A stretch of 64,000 bases of DNA. Origin: Octopus bimaculoides (Eukaryota). The translations under genes were made by a program, and so were the position numbers. Positions 1 to 14,691 of the stretch are shown here, piece by piece (the first letter of the stretch is position 1; every line of letters begins with the position of its first letter). The notes beneath the pieces were generated by a model. That model was not told where the DNA came from. It did not search any database and saw only the letters and a program-made list of their open reading frames with translations. Location of the stretch: assembly GCF_001194135.2 (NCBI RefSeq), contig NC_068988.1, positions 67,424,967 to 67,488,966 of the forward strand. The letters run 5' to 3'.

Positions 1-60
1 GTCTTACGTAGTCCTAGATACACAAGAACTCAGTATGTTGTCTTCTTATTTACAGTGCAC

Positions 61-200
61 GTCGAGCAAAATGCTTACCGGCATTTCGTTCATCTGCATT
101 CTGAGTTCAAATTCCACCGATGTTGACTGTGCGTTTTCAGTGTCGATAAAATAAATCGACTTGGACCCTCTCCCCAAACCGCTGGACTTTGAAATCAAAC
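61..200 (+). mobile_element. Degenerate family B SINE
   Basis: aaaatgcttaccggcatttcg...tctgagttcaaattccaccga aligns with ~61525-61580. Confidence 0.6.
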
Positions 201-2039
201 AGTGCTTTGAAATGTTAGGAAAAGTAACATCAGCGATGTATACATTGGTTAAAAGTTATAAGAATGTTCAATAAAATAATTTGAATATTCCACTGGAGTA
301 ATAGAAAAAGAAAGAAAGGCAGCTGTACGCAAGATGGAAGAGAAATACTAAATAATTTTTTGCTGATTAAAGAGTCAGAGAGAAGAGCTACGCTGGAAGC
401 CGAGTGTAGATGAGTAGTAGTTTAGCGACGACTGCCAAGCAGTGAAAAGGAAGATGATATCGTCTATGTTCGAAGCATTCGATGATAACTGGACATAGTC
501 TGAAGAATGAAAAAGAAGCAACTTATTTTATTTGCAATCATTCATTTTATCCTCTATACTATATCAAACCCTATCAATCTCCTTAAAAGTTATATGTCAT
601 CTTTAAAATTTAACTTTCTGCAAATCAATAACGTCAGCTGTGCATATAAAGAAAACAACAGCATGATTAACATTGACTAAGCAGGAGCAAAAAATAAAAA
701 AAAAACAAAAACACTTGTTTGTCACTAACTTTGATATAAACATACTCTTTCGCACTCAAAGGGATTTAAATTTAATTAACTAAAGATCCATAAACCTTTG
801 ACTCATGAACAGAAATATCTGAAATGCAAAACTAGTGGATTCTATGAAACTAATTACAACAAAATATAGCTACAAACACGATCTCAAAGCTACGAAGGAG
901 ACTATAGTCAATCGGCGACAGTTATAGCTTCCCCGAACAATACTCTTCTGTTATGTATAAGAAAAATAGACTGGATGAAGTAGATCTGGTTTTACTGTGC
1001 TTGAAACACACGCGGCAGTCAGGGAAGATATGATTATATGCATACAAGACTGGATAAGTATTAGTCCAAAACTAAACAATAACAAATGCAACAACACACG
1101 GCACTCTGTGTTATTTGTATTACAGACCCTTCATGTTTAGCGAACCATAATAACAAATTTAATCTCCTATTTTTGGACTATGTTATTAACGTATCTTCAT
1201 TTTACTGGAGATTGAAACTAGATCTCTAGAGCACTGAATTACACTACACTAAGTAGGTTCTCTTGTGTGCAATACCGAGCTTTTAGATATTTTTTGAGGC
1301 TAAATCCAAAATATGTCGATCCATAATTACGTTGTAATACGGAAACATAGTGACATGTAGAAATACAGAAATGTATAAAAATATTAGCTAACGGCTTAAA
1401 TCAAATTGATGGTGACTGCTAAGTGAATTGCGTAAAAAAAAGAAATATGTTCTACTTCACCGATAGAAACTCGCAACAAACATTCCTTTGGGAAATGGCA
1501 ATACATTTAAATGTCCTTAATAACAATGATGAAACTAACGAACCTTACTTGTACATCTAGGAAAGTTTAAAGTAACTGTTTGGCCATGCCTGCGGATTGA
1601 TACATGAAAGATGTGTTACTGAATAATCAATGAGGAGACGTTTTAAAAATACATTACAGCACGACAATATATATTGCTTTGAATACTAATAACATATACT
1701 ATATAATTCATACAGCATAATAGATTAATGGAGTAATCTTAAAAATATATTCGATTTTCTGTCATATGCAGCACAGCAATGTTTAGAATCCAAACAAAAC
1801 AAACAACATTTTAATTAAAGCAGGTGTAGATATATACTCATTAAAGATGTATTAAAATAAAATATATCATAAAGAATAGACCAGTGATATTGGCGATATT
1901 GAAAATAACAATATTTGATAATGCATTAAGCAAAACATAAAATTTCTTGCTGGGAAATTGTTGTGTAAAAGAATTGATTAACGACGTAAAGGTATTGATT
2001 TATGCGTATTTACGTGGGGTTGTTAGTATTGATTTTAAA

Positions 2040-2150
2040 TTTTGACACAAGGCCAGTAATTTCTTGGTAGTGTGTCAGTCGAACACATTGGCCCCAGTGT
2101 TTAACTGATACTTATTTTATCGACCTCAAAAGTGATGAAGGGCGAAATGT
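2040..2150 (-). mobile_element. Family B SINE 3' half
   Basis: tttgacacaaggccag...cttattttatcgacc is the reverse complement of the family B 3' region. Confidence 0.55.
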
Positions 2151-2169
2151 GAACGGGGTTGTTAATATG

Positions 2170-3000
2170 ATCAAGTTAGTGCTAATATAGCTATACTAGA
2201 CTTAGAGTTAAGAAATGCAACGTATTATTGGAGGCCATGTGTAGTGCTTAGATGTGAGGTAAAGTTAGTAGTGGTAAAATTACTAGTAACAATGTTACAC
2301 ACACACATACAGACGTAAACACTCAGATGTGTGAGTATGTATGTATGTATATATATATATATATNNNNNNNNNNNNNNNNNNNNNNNNNNNNNNNNNNNN
2401 NNNNNNNNNNNNNNNNNNNNNNNNNNNNNNNNNNNNNNNNNNNNNNNNNNNNNNNNNNNNNNNNNNNNNNNNNNNNNNNNNNNNNNNNNNNNNNNNNNNN
2501 NNNNNNNNNNNNNNNNNNNNNNNNNNNNNNNNNNNNNNNNNNNNNNNNNNNNNNNNNNNNNNNNNNNNNNNNNNNNNNNNNNNNNNNNNNNNNNNNNNNN
2601 NNNNNNNNNNNNNNNNNNNNNNNNNNNNNNNNNNNNNNTATATATATATGAATATATATATATATATATATATATGAATTAATGGTAATGTAGAATTATA
2701 ATTTGGAATGTAAATTCAGTAACGGAAACGCCGAGATATTATTTGTAACTTAAAGGTATTAGTAAGAGGGTAGAATTATTAGGGATAACGCTGATTCATT
2801 AGCGGCAACGTAGATGTATTAGTAACAATATCGTATATTAGTGGCAATATACAATTATTAGTGCTATTGCAATTAGTGCTAATGCAGAATTAGTATCAAT
2901 GTAGAGTTATTGGTTTCAATGTATGTTTATTAGTAGTAATATAGCATTAATAGTGCAAATTTTGAATTATTAGCGGCAATGTAGTATTATTGAGCGTAAC
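2170..3000. repeat. Degenerate ~20-bp minisatellite (ATTAGTGGCAATGTAGAATT-like) interrupted by microsatellite and gap
   Basis: Recurrent attag(t/c)(g/a)gcaat motifs on both sides of the N-gap. Confidence 0.55.
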
Positions 3001-3601
3001 GTTCTGTAAATTATTAAATTGCTGAGATGGAATTTAGTATCTTATATTCAAATAGCTGTACAAAAATTTGAAACCTGCATTCATACTCAGAGTTTAATTA
3101 AATAAAGACCAATCATATAATGAAATCAATGCAATTACCATTATATTCTGAGATGGTGTGTCTTTAAAGAGATCAATATAGTGTAAATAAAGCAGTAAAT
3201 GTAATTAATGAAATCTGAATTAATGCTTTTAGACCAGTGATTATGCTTAAGATCAGCTTTTAAAAGGCAGAAAAATTTCGAACTGAAAATTTGATGAAAG
3301 CGTGATGTAAATTTCTGTAAAATTTCAATATTACAGGAACTTAATCTAATTTGATTTTTATACATAACTGAAATTAATGAACTGTTGCTAAACCACGCTT
3401 CTGGTTCATGTATAAGATCATAGGATAGGATGATCATGTAATCAATGTTTATGGATTACGCTACATGAGATGCCTTATTAGTGAAATGTTCAAATAATTA
3501 TAGATAGCGTTGTATATGTCAACGAGGTAGCATGTATGAAGTCACCTGATCTAGGAGATGTCGGAAGAGAAACGTAACTCAAATTATGTACTATTGACTT
3601 A

Positions 3602-3669
3602 TGGATAATGTCCCAGATGTTGGATAGTGTCCCAGATGTTGGATAATGTCCCAGATATTGGATAATGTC
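3602..3669. repeat. 19-bp minisatellite, ~3.6 copies
   Basis: Unit TGGATAATGTCCCAGATGT at 3602, 3621, 3640 and partially at 3659. Confidence 0.95.
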
Positions 3670-4865
3670 TCAAAGTGAAAGAAAGGATTCTCACTCCTGA
3701 ATTACATTTGTTCATATGTCGACTCAATTTGAACGGGCCTATGCCTAAACAACACATCACTCTAGCGATGTGCTAAAAACAACTGCTAAATAACCCCCCG
3801 CCCAATTCACATCCTACAGTCACAACTAAACAAGGAAGCAAAGAACAATGTGATATTTGATATGTACTAAACGGTGGCATGGTCATGACTGGAACAATTG
3901 TTCAGAAGTCTCATCGATCAAGGCTGACTACAACAAAAACAATAACTCTATCACATAATAGTTAAGAGACTACAGTTACTCTGTTCGTATAACTATAAAT
4001 AATAAATTGTAAACAAATTTATGATACGCGTCTAATGGTTTCCTGATCCATGATTTCAGACGACATGGAAGCAAACTAATTGACTACGCGACACAATTTA
4101 TATCACAAGGCTGCCATTCCTCTCATCCAGGCATTGACACCTTTTCAAAATAATTAATAATTACAATTCGAAGTAAATTGTTCAGAATCAGGAAACGGAA
4201 GCATTACAGGGACACAATTTGCTGCGAACATGTTAATCTATTCATAATAAAAGCCTGAACAAGTTTACGCTTAGTAAATAACTGTTAGTTGAAGGGAAAT
4301 ATAGCACTAAGGTGTTTGAGACAAACAAACATCTATAATGTTTTTGATCTATTAGACGTTAACTGCAAAATTTCTCACAAGTAACTCCTTACTATCTCAA
4401 TAAAAGAAAACATTGAAACATATACACATAAACATAAAAAAATAAACAGAGTGGTCACGGCTGGAAAGTACTTTAACAGAAATATCTGATTGATCTGAGC
4501 TTATCTGGAGCTGAGCTACAGAAACACTAAGCTGTTCAATGGAACATCGTTAAAAACATGTTTACGTTATACAACAAATCGACTTATCGACAGAGGAATG
4601 GAAATAAATGAATGGAAAAAATGATTGTACATAATGATAAATAAAATTCACTTTAAATAGCTGAATGGAAAACCTACGGGAAATGATGGCGGACTTTCGT
4701 TTGAATTGAATAAATAATGTTGTAATGTGGTTTCGCGAAAACATTTCAATGAAGAACTAGATTTCAAACAGCAGAACTATTATTATTTGAAACATCGACA
4801 ATTTCGATAACAAAGGCTGAAACACTGTAACAGATGTGTTAAAACAACATTGTCAACATGGCTGC

Positions 4866-4910
<45 letters not shown>

Positions 4911-6321
4911 GTACATGTGTATGTATGTATGTATGTGCATATATGCAGAAATAGCAAAACAAAGATCATATAAACAAAACGATTTCAAATAACGGAAATT
5001 ATTTGTAAAAGAAACAAAAAGCAAAACTGTCTATCATGGCGGATATTATCGACCTGTATAAAAGCTGGTTATCCATAGTTATTTATGCATGTACATGGGC
5101 GTGAACATACACTTATATATATATATATATATATATCATATACATAAGCATGTAAATTTGTATACACGTGCATGAAAATACACTCACATACATATCTATA
5201 TGCATGTAAATATGTAGGCATGTTTCTATATTTGTAGACTGGTGTGTACGCTGTACGTTTACCTATACACACACACATAAACATACACTTATATACTCCC
5301 GTACGAGAGAGAGGGAGTGTATGAGACAGAGAGTGAGAGAGTGTAAGAGAGAGTGAGAGAGTGTATGAAAGAGAGAGAGAGAGATTGTATGAGAGAAAGA
5401 GAGGGGGAGAAAGAGGCTGAATGGGGAAACATGAAATAATTAATGCTTTTGTTTTTTATAGTTGTTTAACTTTAGGTCAAATATTAAACGTGGAGATGTG
5501 AGATTTAAAATATCTCACCCGTAGACCAATACGCCGTTTGAGGGATATACACGATTAAAATCAACAATGTGGCATGTTTCTTTTATACGACGGTTGATTA
5601 GTCAACATAAAGGAAAATTCTTCTCACTGAGGATGTACTTCAAATTAATTAAAATATTTTGCCTGATTACTTTACGTATGTTGACACAGGCAGAAGAAAT
5701 ATTAAGACTATAAGTCATTAGTTGAAAAGCCAAGTGGAATGTGATGTTATTGCAATGCTTATTTTAAAATTTTATATTAAAAAAACGCATCTTTGTGTAT
5801 ATAGAAATAACTGTATGCATCTACACACATGCATACACATACACACAAACACACACACACACACATACACACAAATATACACGATTCTGATAAATGTTCT
5901 ACAAGAATTTAAGTCGAAACCACTAAAATGCATTGGCATACTTCTATGCGCCTCTTATCATAAAATTACTGAATCGGTGCTAAACGGCATTAAAGACCAT
6001 AGTATAAGGGTTAAACAGTAAAGGTGTTCATCGTTAAAATGACATTATGAAACAGTAGATTATGAAAAGGAGAGATATATAACCTAATATAATGTAAATT
6101 TTAGATTGGAAGTAAATATAATTATTTTAGTCGATCGTCTGCTACAGAAACAGCTTTATTAAATTTAAAATATTTCACCACTCAATAGAGATGCCATTAA
6201 TGGGTTCGTGTAAATAACATTATTTTGAAATTTTAGTGATTGTAACGTTTCTAACGTAGAGAATGGAGTTAAAATATGTCCATATGTAAAATATGTCAAT
6301 GTGTCTTATTTATATATGTAA

Positions 6322-6425
6322 TATTGGTTTCACGTTTTGGAAAAAGACAAGTAACTTTGGGGAAAGGAATAAGTCGAGTACATCGACCCAGAAAGGATGA
6401 AAGTCGACCTCGGTGGAAATTTGAT
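6322..6425 (-). mobile_element. Family B SINE, internally deleted
   Basis: atcgacccagaaaggatgaaagtcgacctcggtggaaatttga matches the reverse complement of the family B core. Confidence 0.55.
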
Positions 6426-6658
6426 TCATAAATTAAAAAAAAAACGAAATGCGGCAACGCATTTTTGTCCATAATGCTAACGATTCAGCTCGCTCGCCGC
6501 CATTATACACATGTCTTCTATCACTCTATATTTGTTGTTTTTCTTTAACTACTTATTTGCAACCTCTCGCTTTCTTTCTCCTTCTTTCTCTTACACTCAC
6601 ACACTGGCACATACACACACATGCAGAACCTCGCATGCATACATAAATATTCATATCC

Positions 6659-6700
<42 letters not shown>

Positions 6701-6745
6701 TATGTTTGTGTGTAGAGAGAGGAATGTTTGAAAATGAATTATATT

Positions 6746-6781
<36 letters not shown>

Positions 6782-6903
6782 CATATATATATATAAATAT
6801 GTATGTCTNNNNNNNNNNNNNNNNNNNNNNNNNNNNNNNNNNNNNNNNNNNNNNNNNNNNNNNNNNNNNNNNNNNNNNNNNNNNNNNNNNNNNNNNNNNN
6901 NNN

Positions 6904-6944
<41 letters not shown>

Positions 6945-6992
6945 TTATACATATATAATGTTCACTTACGTTTTAACGTAAGGGCTAAATAA

Positions 6993-7064
6993 CTTTAGTC
7001 GTTGTATATAGAAGACGGTGCTCCAGTATGGCCGAAGTCAAATGACTGAAACAAGTAAAAGAAT
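6993..7064 (+). mobile_element. SINE family A 3' tail fragment
   Basis: gacggtgctccagtatggccgaagtcaaatgactgaaacaagtaaaagaata. Confidence 0.7.
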
Positions 7065-8326
7065 ATATATAGTAAGTAGAAGCATTATTGACGAAGAGAA
7101 ATAACCCAGAAATCGTACGGTCCACAGATACTGCTCTGTGCTGAGTGGGGGTGCAAAGCTCCCCTGTTCGAAAATATAAGTACACTGATCGTGTGTCGTA
7201 TAGCCAGCTGGAGACGATGTCTCCTGGGACTAAAGAAACATAACATTCACTCAAAACGGGACTATCACAGTAGTTTGGCAGATATTCGTTCTTCAAACTG
7301 TTTTTCGTTTATGGGGTTATTCTATCTAAGCGGGCACCAGCTATGCGCCTCTATCAATTGATAATTTTGTTTATCGTTCATGTGCTTATGTGCTAGTATT
7401 TATGGTTGTTTGGTTTAATAATTCTTTGTACTTTCAACTTCTGAAAATTCAGTTGTCCCTATAGAAACTTCATTCTTTTTCATATAGGGGAAACAATTAA
7501 TGGTTTATAGAAAACCAAGAATACATATAGCATTTTCACAGTTTTTGTTTGTTTTTTAATTTCCATTCGAGAGAAATTAATCATAGCAGTCAAAATGCCG
7601 AGAAGAAGCCTTTGTTTACTTATTACATCATAGCGCACTCTAATATGAGTTCACAATGGTTAAAAATAAAATAATATTCTGTGCATTTTCTGTTTTCTGT
7701 TTTCTTTATAACACCCCCACCACGTATATATATATGTATGTATATATAAATATATAAATTGATGGTTTGTTGCCAACTTAATGTGGCAGTCCCGGCAACA
7801 AACCATCACTTCATCGTGCTGTATAAGTCTCTCTGAGATATTTACAAATGTAATATTTCTAATTATATATATATATACATACACACATATGCGAATATAT
7901 ACACACTCAAACACACACACACACACACCGTCGGGGCCGTCGTTGGTAATTATTGCGTGTGGTACGGGTTTCTTGTGCATGGTTGTTTAGTAGATTGTTG
8001 GAACGAAAATTTCGTTGGTAACTACTTATGTGAGGGGAGGAGGTTGCAATGTCTATCCTGCAGGAACTGTAGTTTTTCCTTTCTCTGTTTGAAGTTCGGG
8101 TACCCCCGATATTGTATCGCTGGTGAGTTACAAAGTTAGGTTTAGGTCCTGTATTCTTTTTTTGGTAGGGATGATGGTTCCGTTTTCTAGAGGTGTGAAT
8201 CAGTGTTTGAGTCTTGTTTTGATTTTCTTATTTTCAGAAAAGCGTGCTCTGTTTGAAAGATGGTTTCATAGTTTGGGAACCAAGAGGCGCTTTTCTCCCA
8301 GCGTTGCAGGGATTTCAGTCCTTCTT

Positions 8327-8429
<103 letters not shown>

Positions 8430-8908
8430 ACAGCATGTGTACACCGAAGTACATTGGTTTGTGTATAGATACATATTTACCCAATTTTAATGTAGTCAGA
8501 AACGAAACTAGTGATTGATGGTGACAGATCTGTACTCATATTATAAAGGTTTCGGTGGAGCTCTGATAGGAAACAGTTGAGAAAGTGTCGGACTATTTTG
8601 CTCTTGTCACTACATATTCATCTAGGGATAACGAGTTAGTGACATACATGTCAAACAGTAGCTTACGAGTAAAAAAACATGGATGTAAATGTGTCAATAC
8701 GTCATATCCTCAATATTTTATAAACCGTTAGACAATTATTATCTCACAGGGCTTCTATGCGTATATGTTCGTGTGCGCGCGCGTGCGTGCGTGTATTTGT
8801 GTGAGAGAGAGATAGAGAGAGGGAGGGAGAGTACGCGAGGATGAGAATGTGAAGAGCTGAATGTGCTTTATAAGAGTATGTATGCATATGTATGTGACTA
8901 AATAGACG

Positions 8909-8941
<33 letters not shown>

Positions 8942-9862
8942 GCATACATGTAGATATGCATGCGGCTTGCATGCATTCACGCACGGGTTTATATGAGCAT
9001 ATATCTTAGGGTATGATTATGTATGTTTGTTGTGTATGTGAGTATATGTGCATGAATGCATATTGGTATTGATATATATGTATCGATATATGTGTATATG
9101 TAGGTAATGTTTACGTTTCCATATGAATGCAGAATGAATGTGTATTTTGTAACATATTCATTTATGCAATGTGTGGAATACGTTCAAATAAATATCTGTT
9201 TCAGTTTCTGTTGAAATAACCATTGTTGTATATCTATTTCGAGACACATCAGTAACTACTCATGGTTGTGGTCTTCTATTGCATGTTCTCCCATGTTGTC
9301 GAACCTCAGATAGAACTTAATAGACCACATATATAATATACGCATACGCACCCACATAACCGCACACGCGCACACATACACACAAATACACTCACATATA
9401 GAGACAGAAATATATATATATATATAGATGTATAAATATATGTGTATATATATATATATATATATNNNNNNNNNNNNNNNNNNNNNNNNNNNNNNNNNNN
9501 NNNNNNNNNNNNNNNNNNNNNNNNNNNNNNNNNNNNNNNNNNNNNNNNNNNNNNNNNNNNNNNNNNNNNNNNNNNNNNNNNNNNNNNNNNNNNNNNNNNN
9601 NNNNNNNNNNNNNNNNNNNNNNNNNNNNNNNNNNNNNNNNNNNNNNNNNNNNNNNNNNNNNNNNNNNNNNNNNNNNNNNNNNNNNNNNNNNNNNNNNNNN
9701 NNNNNNNNNNNNNNNNNNNNNNNNNNNNNNNNNNNNNNNNNNNNNNNNNNNNNNNNNNNNNNNNNNNNNNNNNNNNNNNNNNNNNNNNNNNNNNNNNNNN
9801 NNNNNNNNNNNNNNNNNNNNNNNNNNNNNNNNNNNNNNNNNNNNNNNNNNNNNNTATATATA

Positions 9863-10407
9863 TTATTTGGGAGGTCTAGTGTGTGGCATTATTCTGTAGT
9901 AATGCCCTTATACAAATATAAACGAATAATTATATTCTTGGGAATAGTAATTTCCTTTATGAATTATTTTACACACTGGCTTCCTGATAAAATTCTTGTA
10001 AATTATTTTTATCCATTTTTTGAATTTATTAATCATATATATACACGGAATATATTCAATACTGCATTTCATTCCGGTTTACACACTTGTACCTAGAACA
10101 ATGCAGAAAGTTTCCCGCTTTTTTATGAAGATATATACAGATAAACTTCATTCTCTTTGCTTTGTCGGATACGTAGAGTGTTCGTTTTGGTGAGGTGAGG
10201 ATTTTGTTTATTTATATATATTTTTTGTACCATACTATGCCGATGAACGGAAACTAGATTTCATTCTAGTAATCGCGAAATCGGTCGATACATAGTTGTG
10301 TTATTTAAAAGAAAGTTGGTTTCTTCTGTTGGTTGCTTTCCTCGCATTCGGTACTAAAATGTGTTTATTTGGGAGGTCTAGTGTGTGGCATTATTCTGTA
10401 GTAATGC

Positions 10408-10414
<7 letters not shown>
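9863..10414 (+). mobile_element. Non-coding element with 50-bp terminal direct repeats and a degraded hammerhead (Penelope pLTR-like)
   Basis: Identical 50-mer at 9863-9912 and 10365-10414, embedded in (TA)n; degraded hammerhead at 10234-10296 (CCGAUGA, ACUAGA/UCUAGU stem, GAAAUCGGUC, ACUAUG/CAUAGU). Confidence 0.5.
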
Positions 10415-10442
<28 letters not shown>

Positions 10443-10477
10443 GCATAAACCAATTTACTTCGGTGTACACATGCTGT

Positions 10478-10527
<50 letters not shown>

Positions 10528-10539
10528 ACACACACACAT

Positions 10540-10571
<32 letters not shown>

Positions 10572-10722
10572 TTCATCGCAGGGTGAACCAATTAACTTCT
10601 GAGTCGACTAAACCAACGTGGAGTGATGTGTTCTGCTTACGAACAGAATGCGTTGCTCGGACCAAGAATCGAAACCACGATTTAACAATTGTGAATGCAA
10701 CTCCCTAGCCATAAGGCCACGC
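10572..10722 (-). mobile_element. tRNA-derived SINE with V-domain-like start (family D), truncated
   Basis: Minus strand TGGCCTTATGG (A-box) and GGTTTCGATTCTT (B-box), ending accctgcgatg. Confidence 0.55.
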
Positions 10723-11852
10723 ACATACATAAGTTAAGGAATGGAGTACATAATATCCGGACTACATAAGTCTCATAGCGAGCAGAACCTCGGAAGTGGT
10801 AAACATCCGAGCGAAGTGTATATCGCACGCTTCTCTTCAGGTCAAGCATATCCAGGATACGGAAAAAACTACAATCTTCCGCTTCGATAAATCACTATTG
10901 TTTCTGAAAGTGGTTATTTTATATTTTCTGGGTTTGCATTTATGCATCTATATAGTGTCTATTTATACATGCATACATCTGTATGTGTGTGTATGTAATG
11001 TATATATTATACAACAATATATAATTTATTCATCCGGACGCTAGGACATGTTTTGAACGAGATTTTGTTGCTATTCTCATGAATGGTGTCTTTCTTTTAC
11101 CCTTTTAATAAGTAATGTTGACTTTTGCTTTCGTTTCTGATTTTTCTGCATAGAACTGTGGTACCAAACTATTCCATTATTGATCACAATGTCTTGTTCC
11201 ATAAAAAGAGTCATTAATATCATTAGAATTAGTATGTGCTGTTGTTGTTAACTTATTACTTGGAATGACTATGACGTTGTGTGAGGTTAGCTGGTCTTAT
11301 TGTTACTTTAACTCTTGTCTTGGAATAGCTACAGTTTCGAATGAAGAATATAACAGGAAATAGAAGGCATTATGAGTCAGTTGCATAAAAAAGCGACAGT
11401 TTATTCACTGTGCTATAGAGCTGAGGACATGACGTAAACACTAACATAATAAACGTTATCAAAACACCACACATATGGCGTATAACTTCAAACAAATCAG
11501 TGCACTCCTGCAAGTACTTGGACTTCTGTGTTTGTGTCTCTGTGTGCATTTGTATGTATATATGTGTGTATGTGTAGGTATATGTGAATGTATGTGTGTG
11601 TGTGTGCGAGCGTGTTTGTGTTTCTATGTGTTTGTTTACAGTGTGTATTTCATAGCTGACAAGAAAGATTTTGTTTCCAAGTATATTAATGTTATCGACG
11701 TTCTAGATTTGAGAATTTTTTCAAGTTAACATGGCAAACTATTTTCATTAGCATAAAAATAAACTTCTTTGTCTGGATGAACATTTCCATTCAGGCTACT
11801 AAGTTCATTGTACTGAGCACAAGAAAGTATGGTAGATATCATAAGAGATTCC

Positions 11853-12047
11853 GTGAAATGGCCAAGTCTACACACTATCCAGTATTGTTATCAATAATGT
11901 GCCATATTAGATGCATGTCAGCATTCTAAGAATTTATGTATTAGCAGCAACATGTTTAGTTGTCTCTAAGTATATACATACTTACATATATATGTGTGTG
12001 TGTGTGAAATAGGCAAGTCTTCACGATATTCAGTATTGCTATCAATA
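11853..12047. repeat. 44-bp direct repeat, period 151
   Basis: 11853-11896 versus 12004-12047, 37/44 identical. Confidence 0.85.
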
Positions 12048-12376
12048 TTTCACACACACACACCGAATATATATATATATATAAGTTTGTGTTATTCCAA
12101 TTGTTTACTGATTGTAGCTAATCTAATTTTTTCACCCCATTAATTACTCATTAACTACTCGAAACACCTTCCAGTAGCCACAAACGAAGATAATTTTTCG
12201 TATACTAACTGTCATAAAGGAATGTTTTATACTGTTACTTCTACACTTGTCATGTATAGCATTTGCCTTGCGTGAGTTTGCACATACATATACATATATA
12301 TATATATATATATATAACTGATTAGTTTTGTGAGTAAATATTCTGTTTCAACATTCTACTAAAGTACACGTTTCAG

Positions 12377-12400
12377 TTCACTCCTCTGGAGACAATAAAT
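12377..12400 (+). CDS. Possible 24-nt symmetric micro-exon
   Basis: gtacacgtttcag|TTCACTCCTCTGGAGACAATAAAT|gtaagt; two frames open (FTPLETIN or HSSGDNK). Link to the downstream chain is unproven. Confidence 0.25.
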
Positions 12401-13899
12401 GTAAGTTTATCTCAGTTCAAGCAATTATGATTGTGCCAAGAAAGTATTTTCTTTCAGTGAATAATGCAATCGAATATAGCTCTTCCCGGCAATAATTGCA
12501 TCCAAATTAATGATCAATTTATTATCTCTTGAGGAATGATATTCCTAAGTAATTATATAAGTTTATGGTCTGATTAATTACTGATCCACATTTTTGATAC
12601 TGCTTCAAACTAATTACTGGCATAACAGTTTCATTCTATTTATTAATGTACTGTAATATCTTCATGTCTGAGTTATGAGAATCCAATTTGCACAACTAAA
12701 ACCCCGCCCGTGTTAACAATACGACGTATGAATTGAGAGTTTTCAGCGAGCTTACTCTGTTGCAGACATGCAAATAGCAACCCAGTTTCGATCCGCGAAT
12801 ACTTCTACAACCTCTAAATGTTAAAGCTGCAGTTCAGTGGCAAAAACTCGTTATTATCGTCTGGCCGGGGGAGATATGTTACTCTGGCCAAGCCGTCGTT
12901 CAAATAATATCAAATTAGCAATAAATATGGAGAAAGGTTAGTGTTCCACACACACATATACACACACATGCATATATNNNNNNNNNNNNNNNNNNNNNNN
13001 NNNNNNNNNNNNNNNNNNNNNNNNNNNNNNNNNNNNNNNNNNNNNNNNNNNNNNNNNNNNNNNNNNNNNNNNNNNNNNNNNNNNNNNNNNNNNNNNNNNN
13101 NNNNNNNNNNNNNNNNNNNNNNNNNNNNNNNNNNNNNNNNNNNNNNNNNNNNNNNNNNNNNNNNNNNNNNNNNNNNNNNNNNNNNNNNNNNNNNNNNNNN
13201 NNNNNNNNNNNNNNNNNNNNNNNNNNNNNNNNNNNNNNNNNNNNNNNNNNNNNNNNNNNNNNNNNNNNNNNNNNNNNNNNNNNNNNNNNNNNNNNNNNNN
13301 NNNNNNNNNNNNNNNNNNNNNNNNNNNNNNNNNNNNNNNNNNNNNNNNNNNNNNNNNNNNNTAGAAAACCGATAGTTTATTCTATTAATGTATACGTAAT
13401 TTATTATTTATCATTCTATTAATGTATACTTAATTTAATATTTATTGAATGAAATTTCTTTAAATACTTGTATAATTTTTGAACGCGGAATCGCTGTTAG
13501 AAGAGCCTAGAGATTTTGGTAATTATTATTAGAAGACTGGGAGAAAAAAGGTTACCGACAAGTACTCGAAACTTGCACCTCATTCACAGTTTCTAAACAC
13601 TCCAAATACATATATATTTATATGTATAAAAAATTATATATATATATATATATATATACATGAGAAAGAGAGAGAGAGAGAGAGGGGGGGAGAGATATTT
13701 ATACAAGTATGTATGTATGGGTTCACAAAAAATATTGGGCACAGTATACGACAATAAAATGTGTGGTTACACAAAATGAAACGTGTAATCAATGTAAACG
13801 ATAACATAATAACGTTAAAAACGAAAGAATTTTCCAAAAGAGGATAAATTCTTTGGGTTGCTAGTGGAGACCCACAAAGCCTTGAACACTAAGACACGT

Positions 13900-14190
13900 A
13901 CCGTCTCCACATCGTCCTCCTTTAACCCACTAGCTCATCAATGGTTGAGTACTGAACGCGAGTGTGGAGAGTTTCGTCGCTCTGCAGACAATTTGTACAA
14001 GCAGGGCTGACTGCACTTTCCTGCCTTTATATTTTACTCTAATATAGCACTGCCAGCCCAAGGATTTCCATAGGCCCCAGTCCGAAATGTCTACAGCAGC
14101 GGTTTTTAAAAATTTTCTTTGCATGTGGCGGAAATTTTTTAAATAGATTGTTCCGTACTTGCTTCGTTTTAAATATATCTTGCTAGTCAC
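13900..14190 (-). mobile_element. Probable RTE LINE 3' fragment
   Basis: NFRHMQRKFLKTAAVDISDW resembles RTE RYKDVCKRDLK...IDxxxW, followed by a degenerate Cys/His end. Confidence 0.4.
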
Positions 14191-14631
14191 TGCTGTGGCT
14201 GCTTCTGCTTCTGTTGTTGCTGTTATTGTTGCTGCTGCTATCTTTGCTTCGTTTCTCCATCACATTAGCTAGAGGTGGGAAACAGTATCATAGAGGATGT
14301 TCCAACAGCTATCGCTTCCCTCGATTTGAAAAGCCATATTGATATCTCAAAATTTTCACTTAAACGGCAAATTTTCGCCTAAGCATCTCACCCCGCTTGT
14401 AGCGAGTTTNNNNNNNNNNTATAAGTATGTATATATGTATTCATGTATATTTATATACATTTCTATATAAAGAAGAAGAGAGACATATACGTAGATATAT
14501 GCATATGTGTGTAATTTCACGAAAGGTGTTAACGTAGATGCTTCCAAACAGTATTTAGGAGGTGAATTCATTCAGCATATACTGTCGATCTAAACAAAAC
14601 GCATTTATTTTATTGCTTGGTTTAATTTCAG

Positions 14632-14691
14632 GTCAAACAAATGAGATCAACTATATTTGATTGCATTATTTCGAATAATAACTTTACATTC
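14632..14691 (+). CDS. Possible 60-nt phase-0 exon
   Basis: Strong acceptor ttattgcttggtttaatttcag, moderate donor gtaatg; reads VKQMRSTIFDCIISNNNFTF. Confidence 0.2.

Noticed and set aside
3141-3437. 98-codon minus-strand ORF
   Set aside because: AT-rich, no motif and no splice support.
3602-3669. Short regular repeats as a possible CRISPR array
   Set aside because: Head-to-tail units with no unique spacers, in a eukaryotic context.
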